Below, piece by piece: positions 21,834-34,299 of a DNA stretch of 64,000 nt. The notes beneath the pieces were generated by a model that did no database searches, was not told the DNA's origin, and was given only the letters and a program-made list of their open reading frames with translations. This DNA comes from Malacoraja senta (taxonomy: Eukaryota). Numbering within the stretch: the stretch's first letter is position 1; every line of letters begins with the position of its first letter. A program made the translations under genes and the position numbers. The stretch is taken from positions 496,001 to 560,000 of the forward strand of contig JAXLNO010001166.1 of assembly GCA_038087875.1 (NCBI GenBank), written 5' to 3'.

Positions 21834-22510
21834 CAGGGCCGGATTTAGATGAAGAGAGGCCCTAAGCTGTCCACTTGTGAGCCCCCCCCCCCCCAATCCC
21901 CCATCCCCACGACTAGAGGAAGATGGTCCACCAGATTGACACCGATTTGCAGCCGAGCGTGGCCAATGAGATAAGGGGCTGGAAAGCTGGGCTTTATTTA
22001 TTTATTTATTTATTGCCTGTGCTAGTGTCGAGTTATTGGGTTAAAACACTATTATTCTGAAATGGAGGCCAAGGAAAATTACTGAAGGGTTGTTTAGAGA
22101 CTACAGTGCGTTGTGACAGCATATGTAAGAAAGGCCTATGCACCTTGCAGGGCTCTCACTTAATTTTTTTTCTCTGTTGTCAGCCGGGCAACCTTGGCAG
22201 CTTTTTAAGTTGCCAAATTACAGTTTAGGTGGTTATTTAAGACGGCTTGCATGGCGCGTGCGATAATGTGCTTGGACAAAGTGCATAGTTACCTGTCGGA
22301 ATTATACTCAATGAAGCACTCATATATTATTTCTGCTTCAAATAAAGCTACAAACTAAACATATTCACCAATCAGGACATGATATATACCACAATGACAT
22401 GCAGCAAAATTATAATACTGTATCTCAACTCTTTTTACACGTTGCAATGAATGCAATTTCTATTATTTCTTTCCACTTCCAAACAAAAATGTGGTTGGAT
22501 TATTCAGCGT
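21834..22510 (+). mobile_element. Non-autonomous DNA transposon fragment(s), hAT-like left end
   Basis: Starts CAGGGCCGGATTTAG, a hAT-type terminus, abruptly interrupting a CR1 coding remnant. No matching right end seen. Confidence 0.4.
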
Positions 22511-23110
22511 ATGATCAACCGAAGCGCAGGCTTGGCGATCGCTTCGCACAACACCTCCACTCAGTTCGCAATAACTAACCTGATGTCCCGGTGGCTCAAC
22601 ACTTCAACTCCCCCTCCCATTCCGAATCCGACCTTTCTGTCCTGGGCCTCCTCCATGGCCAGAGTGAGGCCCACCGCATATTGGAGGGGCAGCACCTCAT
22701 ATTTGCTTTGGTAGTTTACACCCCAGTGTATGCACATCGGCTTCTCTAATTTCAGGTAGTCCTTGCTTTCTCCCTCCTTCCCCTCCCATTCCCAGCTCTC
22801 TCACAGCCTACTGTCTCCGCCTCTTCCTTTCTTTTTCATGTCACCCACCCCCCCCGACATCAATCTGAAGAAGGGTCTCGACTCGAAACGTCGTCTATTC
22901 CTTCGCTCCACAGATGCTGCCTCACCCGCTGATTTTCTCCAGCTTTTTTGTCTACCAATGGGACCCACCACTGGCCACATCTTCCCATCTCCTCCCCTGT
23001 TGGCTTTCCGTAGAGACCGCTCCCTCCGTAACTCCCTGGTCGATTCGTCCCTTCCCACCCAAACCACCCCCTCTCCTGGCACTTTCCCTTGCAATCGCAG
23101 GGAATGCTAC
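22510..23110 (+). mobile_element. Penelope-like element fragments (GIY-YIG C-terminus, pLTR, second internal piece)
   Basis: 'cttggcgatcgcttcgcacaacacctcc', 'cacttcaactccccctcccattcc'. Hammerhead-like core at 22865-22892. A second piece encodes TTGHIFPSPPLLAFRRDRSLRNSLV. Confidence 0.8.
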
Positions 23111-23477
23111 ACTTGTCCTTTTAATTAAGTTCAAGACTATGGGGCTGTACATTGGCCATAAAGTTGCTGCCTAAAAGTGCCAGGGACCCGGAATTGATCC
23201 TGAATATGGGTGCTGTCTGTATGGAGTTTTCCCCTTTTCCCTTTGATCGCATGGGTTTTCTCCCGGTGCTTTTGTTTCCTTCCACATTCCAAAGGTGTGC
23301 AGGAACCTATTTCAGACCCAACCCAAAACGTAATATTTTCCTTTTGTCCAGAGATTCTGTCTGACCTGTTGAGTTACTCCAGCTTTTTGTGTCTATCTTC
23401 AGTTTAAACCAGCATCTGCAGTTCCTTCCTACACACACGATACTATATGATAGAACTTTATTAATCCCAGGAGGGAA

Positions 23478-23560
23478 ATTGTATGTGTGTGTGTGGGTAT
23501 ATATATTATACACACACACACATACACACACACGCACACACACACACACACACACACATA
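23478..23560. repeat. (TG)n/(TA)n/(CA)n compound microsatellite
   Basis: gtgtgtgtgtgggtatatatattatacacacacaca...cacacacata. Confidence 0.95.
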
Positions 23561-24282
23561 TATTTGTATAGTTATATATTCATATATAAATATACACCAT
23601 TTTGTTTTCTCGTTTATAACATTGTTTACAGAGTACTATGTTTACATATGCTGTTGTGCTGCTGCAAGTAAGGATTTCATTGTTCTCACTGGGACGTGAG
23701 AGAATAAAACACTCTTGACTCTTGACTTACTTCGCTAATGTGTGGGAAAGAACTAGTGTACGGGTGATCAATGATCGGCGTGGACTCGGTGGGCTGAAGG
23801 GCCTGTTTCCACGCTGTATCTTCAAATTAAACTAAAGACACTAAAACCAGAGGGAGTCTAAAGAAGGGTATCTACCCGAAACGTCACACAATTTCTTCTA
23901 TCCTGAGTTGCTGGCTGCTCTGTGGAGTTCACCCGCACAATTAAAGCATGGAATATTCTTCACCCTACCATAGTTACCCAACCAGACGCAACTAAATTTA
24001 AGGTACCTCTTTTTTCCCCAAGAACCCTTTTTTGCTTAAGTCCAAGTCAAGAATCAAGAGAGTTTTATTGTCATGTGTCCCAGATATGACAATGAAATTC
24101 TTGCTTGCTGCAGCACAACAGAATATGTGAACATAACACAGAACAGGAGATAAAAGTTCAGTGTGTTTATATACCATAGACCATATATATACACAATAAA
24201 TAAATAGATAAAATGCAATAGGCTGTTATTGTTCATCCCTCTACCACCTCCAGTTTAAATTCCTTTTAGAATATTTATGGAG

Positions 24283-24560
24283 GACTTCCGGTGGCGACAT
24301 GCTTTGCTAGCAGTCGCAAATTGGCCGGTAATGAAAAAATACTTGCGGGCATTGGTGCTCTGAAAAAAAGAGTGGATGATGTGCAAGAAGAATTAACGGG
24401 GAAAATTAATAAGATGGCAGAAGAGACCACAAAGATGTTTGAGGCTGTGCATGAAACTGTTTCTGCAAATGTAACTGCAGTGAAAGATATGGAAGCTGTT
24501 GTGGAAGAGATGACCGGAGAGATGCAGACGATGAAGTTAGAAATAGACAGCCATCTTCAA
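24283..24560 (+). mobile_element. L1-like 5' end with ORF1 coiled-coil fragment
   Basis: Begins gacttccggtggcgacatg (L1-type head). The ORF has a heptad pattern: ILAGIGALKKRVDDVQEELTGKINKMAEE...MQTMKLEIDS. Confidence 0.55.
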
Positions 24561-24680
24561 ATGATGTCACGTGCTCCAGACGGCTGTGCGTACGCATGTA
24601 ATCGCGCCCGACCTTCGCCGGACCATCGTGGCTCAACGCGTAATATGCGTGCCAAGGACACGTAAGTGGGACAGGCCCCT
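24560..24680. mobile_element. Harbinger-type MITE end fragment
   Basis: CpG-rich tract ending 'cgtaagtgggacaggcccct' then TTA. The terminus is related to the MITE at 53099-53415. Confidence 0.5.
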
Positions 24681-25174
24681 TTACTTAGATGATTCATTCC
24701 CTCTGGCATTGATTGATGAATCAAAGTGGGGGGGGGGGGGGGGTGGGGGGTTGATGGAATTTGTAAGGATTTGCTGAAGTCAGTTTGCTTAAAACTGCTC
24801 ACTTAAATTTGCTTAAAGTCTGTGAACTTTAGCCCAGAGCCAAAGAACAGTTTGTGAACTCAAGGTTATAACTGATAAAAACCTAGGCACAACTGTGAAC
24901 AACAACCCTTTATTAGGATGAAGGTAATGAGCTAATGCCAACCAGGCCCCTGGGACCAGGCGTAATAAGGAAGGGTCAAAACTTGGATGATGTTTTCATT
25001 CCAATAAGAAACTCTACAAACAACGATAGCTGAATAAAACACAATTATGTTGTATAGATGAAGAGCCTTCTCTTCAAGCTGCTTTCTGCAGTCTTTTAGT
25101 TGTTCTGCAGATCCTTTACATTCTCTCGTCTTCGTGTTTTCAAGAAACACCACAAATAGCCGAATGTATACTAA

Positions 25175-27310
25175 TTATAGAAACATAGAAACATAGGCAC
25201 AGGAGTAGGCCATTCGGCCATTCGAGCCAGCACCGCCATTCAATATGATCATGCCTGCATCTAGAATCAGTACCCCATTCCTGCTTTTAGAAACATAAAA
25301 ACACAGAAAATAGGTGCAGGAGTAGGCCATTCGGCCCTTCGAGCCTGCACCACCATTCAATATGATCATGGCTGATCATCCAACTCAGTATCCTGTACCT
25401 GCCTTCTCTCCATACCCCCTGATCCCTTTAGCCACAAGGGCCACATTTAACTCCCTCTTAAATATAGCCAATGAATGGGCCTCAACTACATTCTGTGGCA
25501 GAGAATTCCAGAGATTCACCACTCTCTGTGTAACAAATGTTTTTCTCATCTCAGTCCTAAAAGATTTCCCCTTCATCCTTAAACTGTGACCCCTTGTTCT
25601 GGACTTCGCCAACATCGGGAACAATCTTCCTGCATCTAGCCTGTCCAACCCCTTAAGATTTTGTAAGTTTCTATAAGATCCCCCCTCAATCTTCTAAATT
25701 CTAGCGAGTACAAGCCGAGTCTATCCAGTCTTTCTTCATATGAAAGTCCTGACATCCCAGGAATCAGTTTGGTGAACCTTCTCTGTACTCCCTCTATGGC
25801 AAGAATGTCCTTCCTCAGATTAGGAGACCAAAACTGTAGGCAATACTGCAGGTGTGGTCTCACCAAGACCCTGAACAACTGCCGTAGAACCTCCCTGCTC
25901 CTATCATCAAATCCTTTTGCTATGAATGCTAACATACCATTCGCTTTCTTCACTGCCTGCTGCACCTGCATGCCTACTTTCAATGACTGGTGTACCATGA
26001 CACCCATGTCTCGTTGCATCTCACCTTTTCCTAATCGGCCACCATTCAGGTAATAGTCTACTTTCCTGTTTTTGCCACCAAAGTGGATAACCTCACATTT
26101 ATCCACATTATACTGCATATGCCATGCATTTGCCCAATCACCCAGCCTATCCAAGTCATCTTGCAGCCTCCTAGCACCCTTCTCACAGCTAACACTGCCC
26201 CCCAGCTTCGTGTCATCCGCAAACTTGGAGATGTTGCATTCAATTCCCTCGTCCAAATCATTAATATATATTGTAAATAGCTGGGGTCCCAGCACTGAGC
26301 CTTGCGGTACCCCACTAGTCACTGCCTGCCATTCTGAAAAGGACCCGTTTACTCCTACTCTTTGCTTCCTGTCTGCCAGCCAGTTCTCTATCCACATCAA
26401 TAGTGAACCCCAATACCGTGTGCTTTAAGTATGCATATTAATCACTTATGTGGGACCTTGTCGAAAGCCTTCTGAAAGTCCAGATATAACACATCCACTG
26501 GTTCTCCCTTATCCACTGTACCGGGATTGAACAGTAAGACAGGGGAAGAAACCGCTGACCCTGATCTTTGAGAAAGAGCGATTGAACTAAAAGAGCGAAA
26601 TGCAGGGTTTGGCATGCGTACTGATAATGATGGTCACTGTAAGTAAATGTATAAACGACTGTGACAAATGTTACCACCTACCTAGTTACATCCCCGAAAA
26701 ATTCTATAAGATTCGTCAGACATGATTTACCTTTCATAAATCCATGCTGACTTTGTCCAATGATTTCACCATTTTCCAAATGTGCTGCTATCCCATCTTT
26801 AATAACCGACTCTAGCAGTTTCCCCACTACCGATGTTAGACTAACTGGTCTGTAATTCCCCGTTTTCTCTCTCCCTCCCTTTTTAAAAAGTGGGGTTACA
26901 TTAGCTACCCTCCAATCCTTAGGAACTACTCCTGAATCCAAAGAGTTTTGAAAAATTATCACTAATGCATCCACTATTTCTGGGGCTTCTTCCTTAAGTA
27001 CTCTGGGATGCAGCCTATCTGGCCCTGGGGATTTATCGGCCTTTAATCCATTCAATTTACCTAACACCACTTCCCGGCTAACCTGGATTTCACTCAGTTC
27101 CTCCATCTCATTTGACCCCCGGTCCCCTGCTATTTCCGGCAGTTAATTAAGTCTTCCTTAGTGAAGACAGAACCAAAGTAGTTATTCAATTGGTCTACCA
27201 TGTCCTTGTTCCCCATGATCAATTCACCTGTTTCTGACTGCAAGGGACCTACATTTGTTTTAACTAATCTTTTCCCCCATATCCCTTGATTCCTTTAGCC
27301 TTAAGAGCTA
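25175..27310 (-). mobile_element. CR1 LINE, 5'-truncated, relatively young RT with 3' tail
   Basis: KADKSPGPDRLHPRVLKE, NYRPVSLTSVVGKLLE, SQHGFMKGKSCLTNL, SGVPQGSVLGPQLF, SKFADDTK. (catagaaa) tail at ~25180. Interrupted by a ~155-bp insert at ~26520-26673. Confidence 0.93.
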
Positions 27311-28179
27311 AATCTAACTCTCTCGTGAAAGTACGTTGTTTAGATAAGAGCCTTCTTTTCAAGCTTCTTTCCGCGGTCTTTTAGTTGTGTTTTGCAGGTG
27401 CTTTAGTTTGTCTCGTCTTCTCTCTGCTGAATATGTCACAACTACAAGCTGTGAATAACAAAAAATCCTTGAAAACTAACACTGGACTGCGAGTGTGAGT
27501 ACAAAGCATGTTCTAATGTGACCCAACTTCAGTCTGAAGTAGGATCCTCACGCGAAATATCTGCCTTCCCATGTTCTCCAAAGATGCCACTTGACCCGTT
27601 GAGTTCCTCAGCACTTTGTGTGTGGAGGAAAGCAGCCTCTGCTCTTCCTTTCATCTACAATTTTTAAATAGTTCAATCCAGACAATTAGTTCAATTTTAC
27701 ATTGTTGAATAAAATGAGAAAGAAGGCAGTTCAAGGATAAATAACTGCCCATAAATCCATGTGACAGAGAAAGAGGCCTTTCAGCCTCCTGAGCCCACTC
27801 TAGCCCAGAGAACAAAACCATTCCAACACAAATTTTCCCCAAAACGGATCTTTCTCATTTCTATCAATGCCACAAATCCACCTATTTGCAGCGGTGGCTT
27901 AATCTACTAATTCAGCACATTTTGGTATGTGGGAGGAATCTGGAGAACAAACATTGTCACAGGGAGAATGCTTATACTCCACACAGACTGCACTGGAGAT
28001 GATTGAACCCGGATCACTGGAGCTATGAGGCAGCAGCGCTCTTTGCTATAAAGCAGTCATAGAGAGTCACACAGCAGGGAAACAAGCCCTTTGGCCCAAC
28101 TTGTCCATGCAAATCAAGATACCCCATTTAAGCTAGTCCCATTTACCCTGCAATGGGTAGACATCATTCAAAACGTTTC

Positions 28180-28650
28180 TCTCTAGATGTCAACTGCTCT
28201 ACATCGGTGAGACCAAGTGCAGGCTTGGCGATCGCCTCGCCCAACACCTCCGCAACAACCAACCTGATCTCCCGGTGGATCAGCACTTCAACTCCCCCTC
28301 CCATTCCAAATCCGACCTTTCTGCCCTCGGCCTCCTCCATGGCCAGAGTGAGGACCACCGTAAATTGGAGGAGCAGCACCTCATATTTCACTTGGGCAGT
28401 TTGCACCACAATGGTATGAACATTGACTTCCCTAATTTCAGGTAGTCCTTATTTTCTCCTCCCTTTCTAAGCTCTCCCTCAGCCCACTGGCTCCACCTCT
28501 TCCTTTCTTCTTCCTGCCCAACCCCCCCCCCCCCCCCCACCCTCACATCAGTCTGAAGAAGGGTTTTCGGCCCAAAACGTTGCCTATTTCCTTCGCTCCA
28601 GAGATGCTGCCTCACCCGCTGAGTTTCTCCAGCACTTTTATCTACCTATG
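28180..28650 (+). mobile_element. Penelope-like 3' fragment with pLTR
   Basis: 'ctctacatcggtgagaccaagtgcaggcttggcgatcgc' encodes the YIGET half of GIY-YIG. Degenerate hammerhead core at ~28553. Confidence 0.8.
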
Positions 28651-29019
28651 CATGTCCCTGTCCATGTGTCTTTTAAATATTGTTATTGTACCTGCCGCAA
28701 CTCCATTCTCTGGCAGGTCATTCCATATGCTGACCACTCTCTGAGCACAAAGATTGTCCCAAGTTCCAATTAAATCTTTCCCCTCTCACATTAAACCCAT
28801 GTCCTCTGGTTATTATATTCTCCTTCTCTGGGTAAAAGTCTCTGGGCATACACTCTATCAATTCCCCTCATGATTTTAAGCACCCCTATATGATCACCCC
28901 TCAGCCTCCTGTGCTCCATGGAATAAAGCCCTGGCTTGCCCAATCTCTCCCTCTTGTTCACACCCTTGAGCCCCAACAATATGCTCATAAATCTCATAAA
29001 CACAACAATGTTGCAGATA

Positions 29020-29390
29020 ATAATAATAATAATAATAGATTTTATTTATATAGCGCTTTTCAGGACTCAAAGTCGCTTTACAATTGAGAGTCAGGAATAA
29101 ACAAAACAAAATAGAGCAGTAAGACAGAGGGGAGGGGAACATGGGACTAAGGGTATGCAGAGGTGAAGAGATGGGTCTTGAGGCGGGACTGGAAGATGGT
29201 GAGGGACTCAGAATTTCGGACCGGTTGTGGGAGGGAATTCCAGAGCCTGGGAGCTGCCCTGGAGAAGGCTCTGCCTCCAAAAGTGCAGAGGTTTGATTTC
29301 GGAGTGGAGAGGAGACCAGCTGATGTGGATCTGAGGGACCGTGAGGGTTGGTAGGGGGAGAGGAGGTCAATGAGATAAGGGGGGGCCATT
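29020..29390 (-). mobile_element. L2 LINE 3' end with (TAA)n tail
   Basis: MAPPYLIDLLSPYQPSRSLRS...GGRAFSRAAPRLWNSLPQ...FQSRLKTHLF; (aat)n at ~29017-29036. Confidence 0.85.
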
Positions 29391-31164
29391 AAGTGCACCA
29401 TAAATAATGCAAATTAAAAATATATATTTTTGAAGGCAATATGATTCAATAAACATGGTTCAATGAATCAGATGATAATCTAATAAACATCATTCACATG
29501 TAATCACTTATAATTTGAAAATAATAATAAATATTGCAAGATGTAGAAAATTGATAGAAATTATGCCCAGTGCATAATATTTTGATGTATTGTTCCCTGT
29601 TTGAACCCTCACCCTGTTTTAGTCCAGTTAAAGATTAATAATATAATTTGTTTAATGTGTAACCGAAGAGGTAACAAAAAGCAATGTTTTCAGAAAGAAT
29701 TAATCATGAATGAATGATACTTTATTGTGACATGTGACAAGTCACAGTGAAATTCTTTGTTTTGTAAACCCAACGTATGTAAAGATTCTTCACATAAAGG
29801 GCACCGACAAAGTTATAAAGTCTCCCACACCAGGTCCTCCTTTGTCCCCCCCCCCCCCCGCCTCACGATGGTCCCCTCACTCCTAGTCCTGCTTTGTTCA
29901 ATGGTACACTACGAATTCCATTGAATTAACACAGTAATGGTGATAGGACTTATTGATTTACAATATAAAACATGTCCAATTGCAAATTATATGGATATAC
30001 AAGTGTGGTGCAGATGGATTTGGACAGCATACTTTACAATTGGTGCCCAAGATAATTTAGAGATATAGCACGAAAACAGCCCTTAGAGTCCACAGTGACC
30101 AGTGATCCCCTTTGGCATACAGGCTTGGAGTGTGGGAGGAAACCGGAGCATCCGGGGAAATCCCACGCAGGTCACGGGGAGTACGTACAAACTATGTACA
30201 GACAGCACCTGAGGCCAGGATCAACCCTGGGTCTCTGGCACTATGGCAGCATCACTACGGCTGAACCACAATGACATTTAGGTTATCCTTTAAATATTTC
30301 ACACAACTTTTCTTTCAACATTTGTCAATAAAAGTAAAAACAATTGGTGAGGTACGCAAGGGATTTTAACCATTCAAAAAGCCACCAACATTTCAATGAT
30401 TTGTAAAATGCTGGAACACACAGCAAGTTCAACAGAACCTATGGAAACAGAAACAAAATTAATGCTTCAGAATTGTGAGAATGTGTAAGTTACAGACAGG
30501 AGTGGGAGGCATGGCTGGACATAGCGGGTATCACTGATAAGGTAATGACAGGTTTCCATGGTGATAAACTGACAATGAAGCCATCAGACAACGGCATTTT
30601 TGGTTTTTATTTCACATTTGCAGCATCTGCAGTTCTTAGGTTAGTGACTCAGCATGGAAACGGGCCATTCTGCCCACCAATTCCATGCCAACCATCGATC
30701 ATCTTTCACACTAGTTCTATGTTATCCCAAAATGGACACAAAATGCTGGAGTAAGTCAGGGGAAACACTCTGTCTGAGGAAGGGTCTTTACCTGAAAAGT
30801 CATCCATTCCTTGTATCCAGAGGTGCTGCCTGTCCCGCTGAGTTACTCCAGCACATTGTGCCTATTTTTGCTGTAAACCAGCATCTTCAGTTCCTTCCTA
30901 CACATCTATGTAATCCCACTTTCTCACCCATTCTCAGCACACAAGAGTAATTTACAAAGCCCAATTAACCTACAAACTCTCTCGTTTTCAATACATGGGA
31001 CGAAACCGGAGCACCTGGAGGAAATATCTGTGGTCACAGGGAGAACGTGTAGTCAGGATCAAACCTGGGTCTCTGGCACATCAATGTTCATAAAAAAACA
31101 TCTTTGAGATGTTTTTTTATGAACATTGATCACACTCCAAATGTATAGAAATGAATGAACTAAC

Positions 31165-31425
31165 TTGCTGTTTCGTTTTGCCTCCGCATCCATTCATCGA
31201 CTTGCCCTTTGATGATTCCATGGAAACCAGTTTCAGAGACCGTATTTGTTACCCAGTAATTCCTGTCAAATGCAGCCGCCATCCATTTCTGTCTTGGAAC
31301 TGTAATGACCATGTTTTTGTCATAATACTGTATCTCACAACCGTCCAGAACACCCACGACACTATATTCTGGTAGATGAGTACTCCCGTGGTTCAGGGTG
31401 TAGTAATAGATCAGTGTGTGAGGCC
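31165..31425 (-). CDS. MHC class I-like alpha1 domain exon (divergent, non-classical type), open reading frame
   Basis: Acceptor tttatttgtgtctag at 31426-31427, donor gttagt at 31164, 261 nt, phase 1/1. Reads (G)PHTLIYYYTLNHGSTHLPEYSVVGVLDGCEIQYYDKNMVITVPRQKWMAAAFDRNYWVTNTVSETGFHGIIKGQVDEWMRRQNETA. Retains HxLxY, PE..VG.LD, YD, PRQ.WM, YW and the R.NxT glycan site. Confidence 0.88.
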
Positions 31426-32483
31426 CTAGACACAAATAAAATAATACAATTATTCTCAAGTAATAGAAATTTCTATGGATAGGAAAGGTTTGGAGGGAAA
31501 TCGGCAAAACACCAATTGGATTTACATTGCACTAAACATGATATCATTTACCCTGTATCTATAGATTGTGAACGGCTTCATTGTAATGTAGTCTTTTCAC
31601 TGACTGGACAGCACACAAGAAACATTTTCACTGCAAAACAATACACATTACATTAATAATAAATTAAACTAAGCTATAATATAGATAGGTGGGTCAAGGG
31701 TAGATGGGGCATCTTGGCTGGCATAGATAAGCTGGGCTGAAGGGCCTGTTTCTATGCTGTATATGATTCTAAATGTCAAGCTTACTGAGATTATTTTAGT
31801 TTAGTTTAGAGATACAGTGTGGAAACAGGCCCTTCAGCACAAGTCTGCACAGATCCCCGCACATTAACACTATCCTACACACGAAGGACAATTTACATTT
31901 ATATCAAGCCTATTAACCTACAAACCTGTACGTCTTTGGAGTGGGGGAGGAAACAGAAGATCTTGGCGAAAACCCACTGGTCATGGGGAGAATGTACAAA
32001 CTCCGTACAGACAGCACCCATAGTCAGGATCGGACCCGGGGCTCTGACACTTTAAGGCAGTAACTCTATCGCTGCCCCACCGTGTCGCCCTTACTGATCA
32101 ACATTTGGAAATATGATATTCAGATATTCCACACACAAAGGGAAGTCACGGCAGTTATTTGGTTCACAGGGCACCATTTATTGCTCCGTGTGTCGTTAAA
32201 GAGTAAAATCTAGGGGTAGGTATTGGAAATATCAGGAAAATAAAAAGAGATCAGGTCCCAAAATAGTTAGTATGGACTTGATGGGTCAAAAGGCTTGTTT
32301 CTGTGCTGCACTCTCTATGCTGCACTCTCAATTAGTTGCATCACATCATATTTATAAGTCGTAACCTTCAATTGATTAGTCTAACAAGGGTTCATTCGCT
32401 CGTGTGTCAGACGAGGTGTAGCTCACTGTTGGCTTCTGTCGCCGTCCAACATGTTGACAGAATTGGTCGCCCGACGCGTCTCA

Positions 32484-32609
32484 GCTGTTCCACCGTGTCA
32501 CCCTTTTGTGGGGGATCATGCAGAAGCCTCCTCGTGTCGTCGGTTCCGTGGATCGCCACGAGGAGGCTTCTGCATGATCCCCCACAAAAGGGTGACACGG
32601 TGGAACAGC
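32484..32609. repeat. Perfect inverted repeat, 53-bp arms and 20-nt loop
   Basis: Arm 32484-32536 is the exact reverse complement of 32557-32609. Confidence 0.92.
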
Positions 32610-33564
32610 GGTAGAGTTACTGCCTTACAGCTCAAGAGACCGCCAGGTTCAATCCTGACCATGGGTGCTGTCTGTATGGAGTTTTTACATTCTACCTGTG
32701 GGATTTCCCTGGGTGCTCCAGCTTCCTCCCACACTCCAAAGATGAGTTTGTAGTTTAATAGGGTTTGGTAAAGATTATATATTGTTGCTAGTCTATAGGA
32801 TATTGCTACTGTACAGTGATCGCTGTTCAGCGTGGACTTGGTGGGCTGAAGAGCCTGTTCCAATGCTATATCTCTATATCATCTTCAGCTGCAATATTCA
32901 GTAAGTTGTCCAAATCGGATTGCACCATGCCAGTACATCAACAGCAGACTAAAAATATCAATGTAACATTTAACTTCTGCTTTGATATGACCTCCTGGTG
33001 ACTTGTTCACCACATCCCCCTTTGTCGGGGATTCCCCAATCATCTCACTGGAGAGGCCCTACATTCACACTTACTCAAATACCACACATTTCCTGCTAGA
33101 CTCATTTTTCAACTGTTTACTCTCACAGTCTGCCCTGTGAACATGCAGAAATTAACATCACAAAACATCAGGATTGAACAACTCATTATCAACCTTAGAC
33201 ACAGAGTGCTAAAGTAACTCAGCGAGACCGGCAGCATCTCTGGAGAAAAAGGCTGGATGACACTTCGTGTCAGGACCCTACTTCAGTCTCAAGCAGGGTT
33301 AGTCTGAAGAAGGGTCCCAACCCGACACATCAGTCTGAAGAAGGATCCCAACCTGAAGCTTCACCCAGCATTACCCATCCTTTATCTACAGAGATGCTGT
33401 AGAACACCTCTGACCTGTTGAGTTACTCCAGCACTTTGTGACTCTCTTTGGTACAAACCAGCATCTGCAGTTCCTTGTTTCTACATCATTATCTATCTCT
33501 TTGAGAAAGCGTTCCCATAGAATTGGCATCCTAACAAAATGAGATCATACAAAGTTACCAATAA

Positions 33565-33880
33565 GGGCGGCACAGTGGCACAGTGGTAGAGTTGCTGCCT
33601 TACAGTGTTTGCAGTGCCAGAGACCCGGTTTCAATCCCGACTATGGGTGCTGTCTGTACGGAGTTAGTACGTTCTCCCTGTGACCTGCGTGGATTTTCGC
33701 TGAGATCTTCGATTTCCACCCACACTCCAAAGACATGCAGGAATGTAGGTTAATTGGCTTGATGCATGTGTCTCGTGTGCATAGGATAGTATTAGTGTGC
33801 GGGTTAGTCGCTGGCCGGTGCAGACTCGGTGGGCCGAAAGGCCTGTTTCCGCGCTGTGTATCTAAATTAAAAAACTAAAG
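33565..33880 (+). mobile_element. Full-length tRNA-derived SINE (HE1/V-SINE-like); representative of roughly 20 or more copies on both strands
   Basis: A-box-like 'ggcacagtggcacagtggtag', B-box-like 'ggtttcaatccc', central core and CR1-like tail 'gactcggtgggccgaaaggcctgtttccgcgctgt'. Other copies at ~23130, 27880, 30060, 30900, 31790, 32590, 36310, 45720, 46350, 53660. Confidence 0.8.
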
Positions 33881-34299
33881 AACCTATTTTACATATCTCA
33901 CTTCCTTTGGTTCACGCAGTATTCTCTCTGGTGCAGACTGCTTGAGCCATTTTCAGTGCTTATTCTGGCTAAATAGAGATAGCAACATGAAAACCACAGA
34001 AAGAATCTTAAAATAAACTGAATCCTGCAGCATATAAACAGGCCCATTTGCCCAATCTTGTCTATGCTGACCGAGATGTTTATCTTCAATTACATGAATT
34101 ACGCCCTTATCCCTCCCTGACTTTCCTACCAAAAGTCCAAATGCTTTATAGACATTGTGATTATATCTGCCTCTACCATCTCCCCTGCAGCTCATTCCAG
34201 ATAACCCCTTGACATTTCTCTCCCATCACCTTAAACCTCCAGTTCTAGTCTCCACTTCCCCGGGAAAGAGACAGTTACTCTCTATCCTATCTATACCCC

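Noticed and set aside
33070-33135. Small minus-strand exon candidate between the leader and alpha1
   Set aside because: AG/GT signals are present, but the phases do not fit a phase-1 to phase-1 insertion and the peptide is unrecognisable.
33565-33660. tRNA gene
   Set aside because: The A/B-box-like head continues into a SINE core and CR1-like tail, and no full cloverleaf is present.
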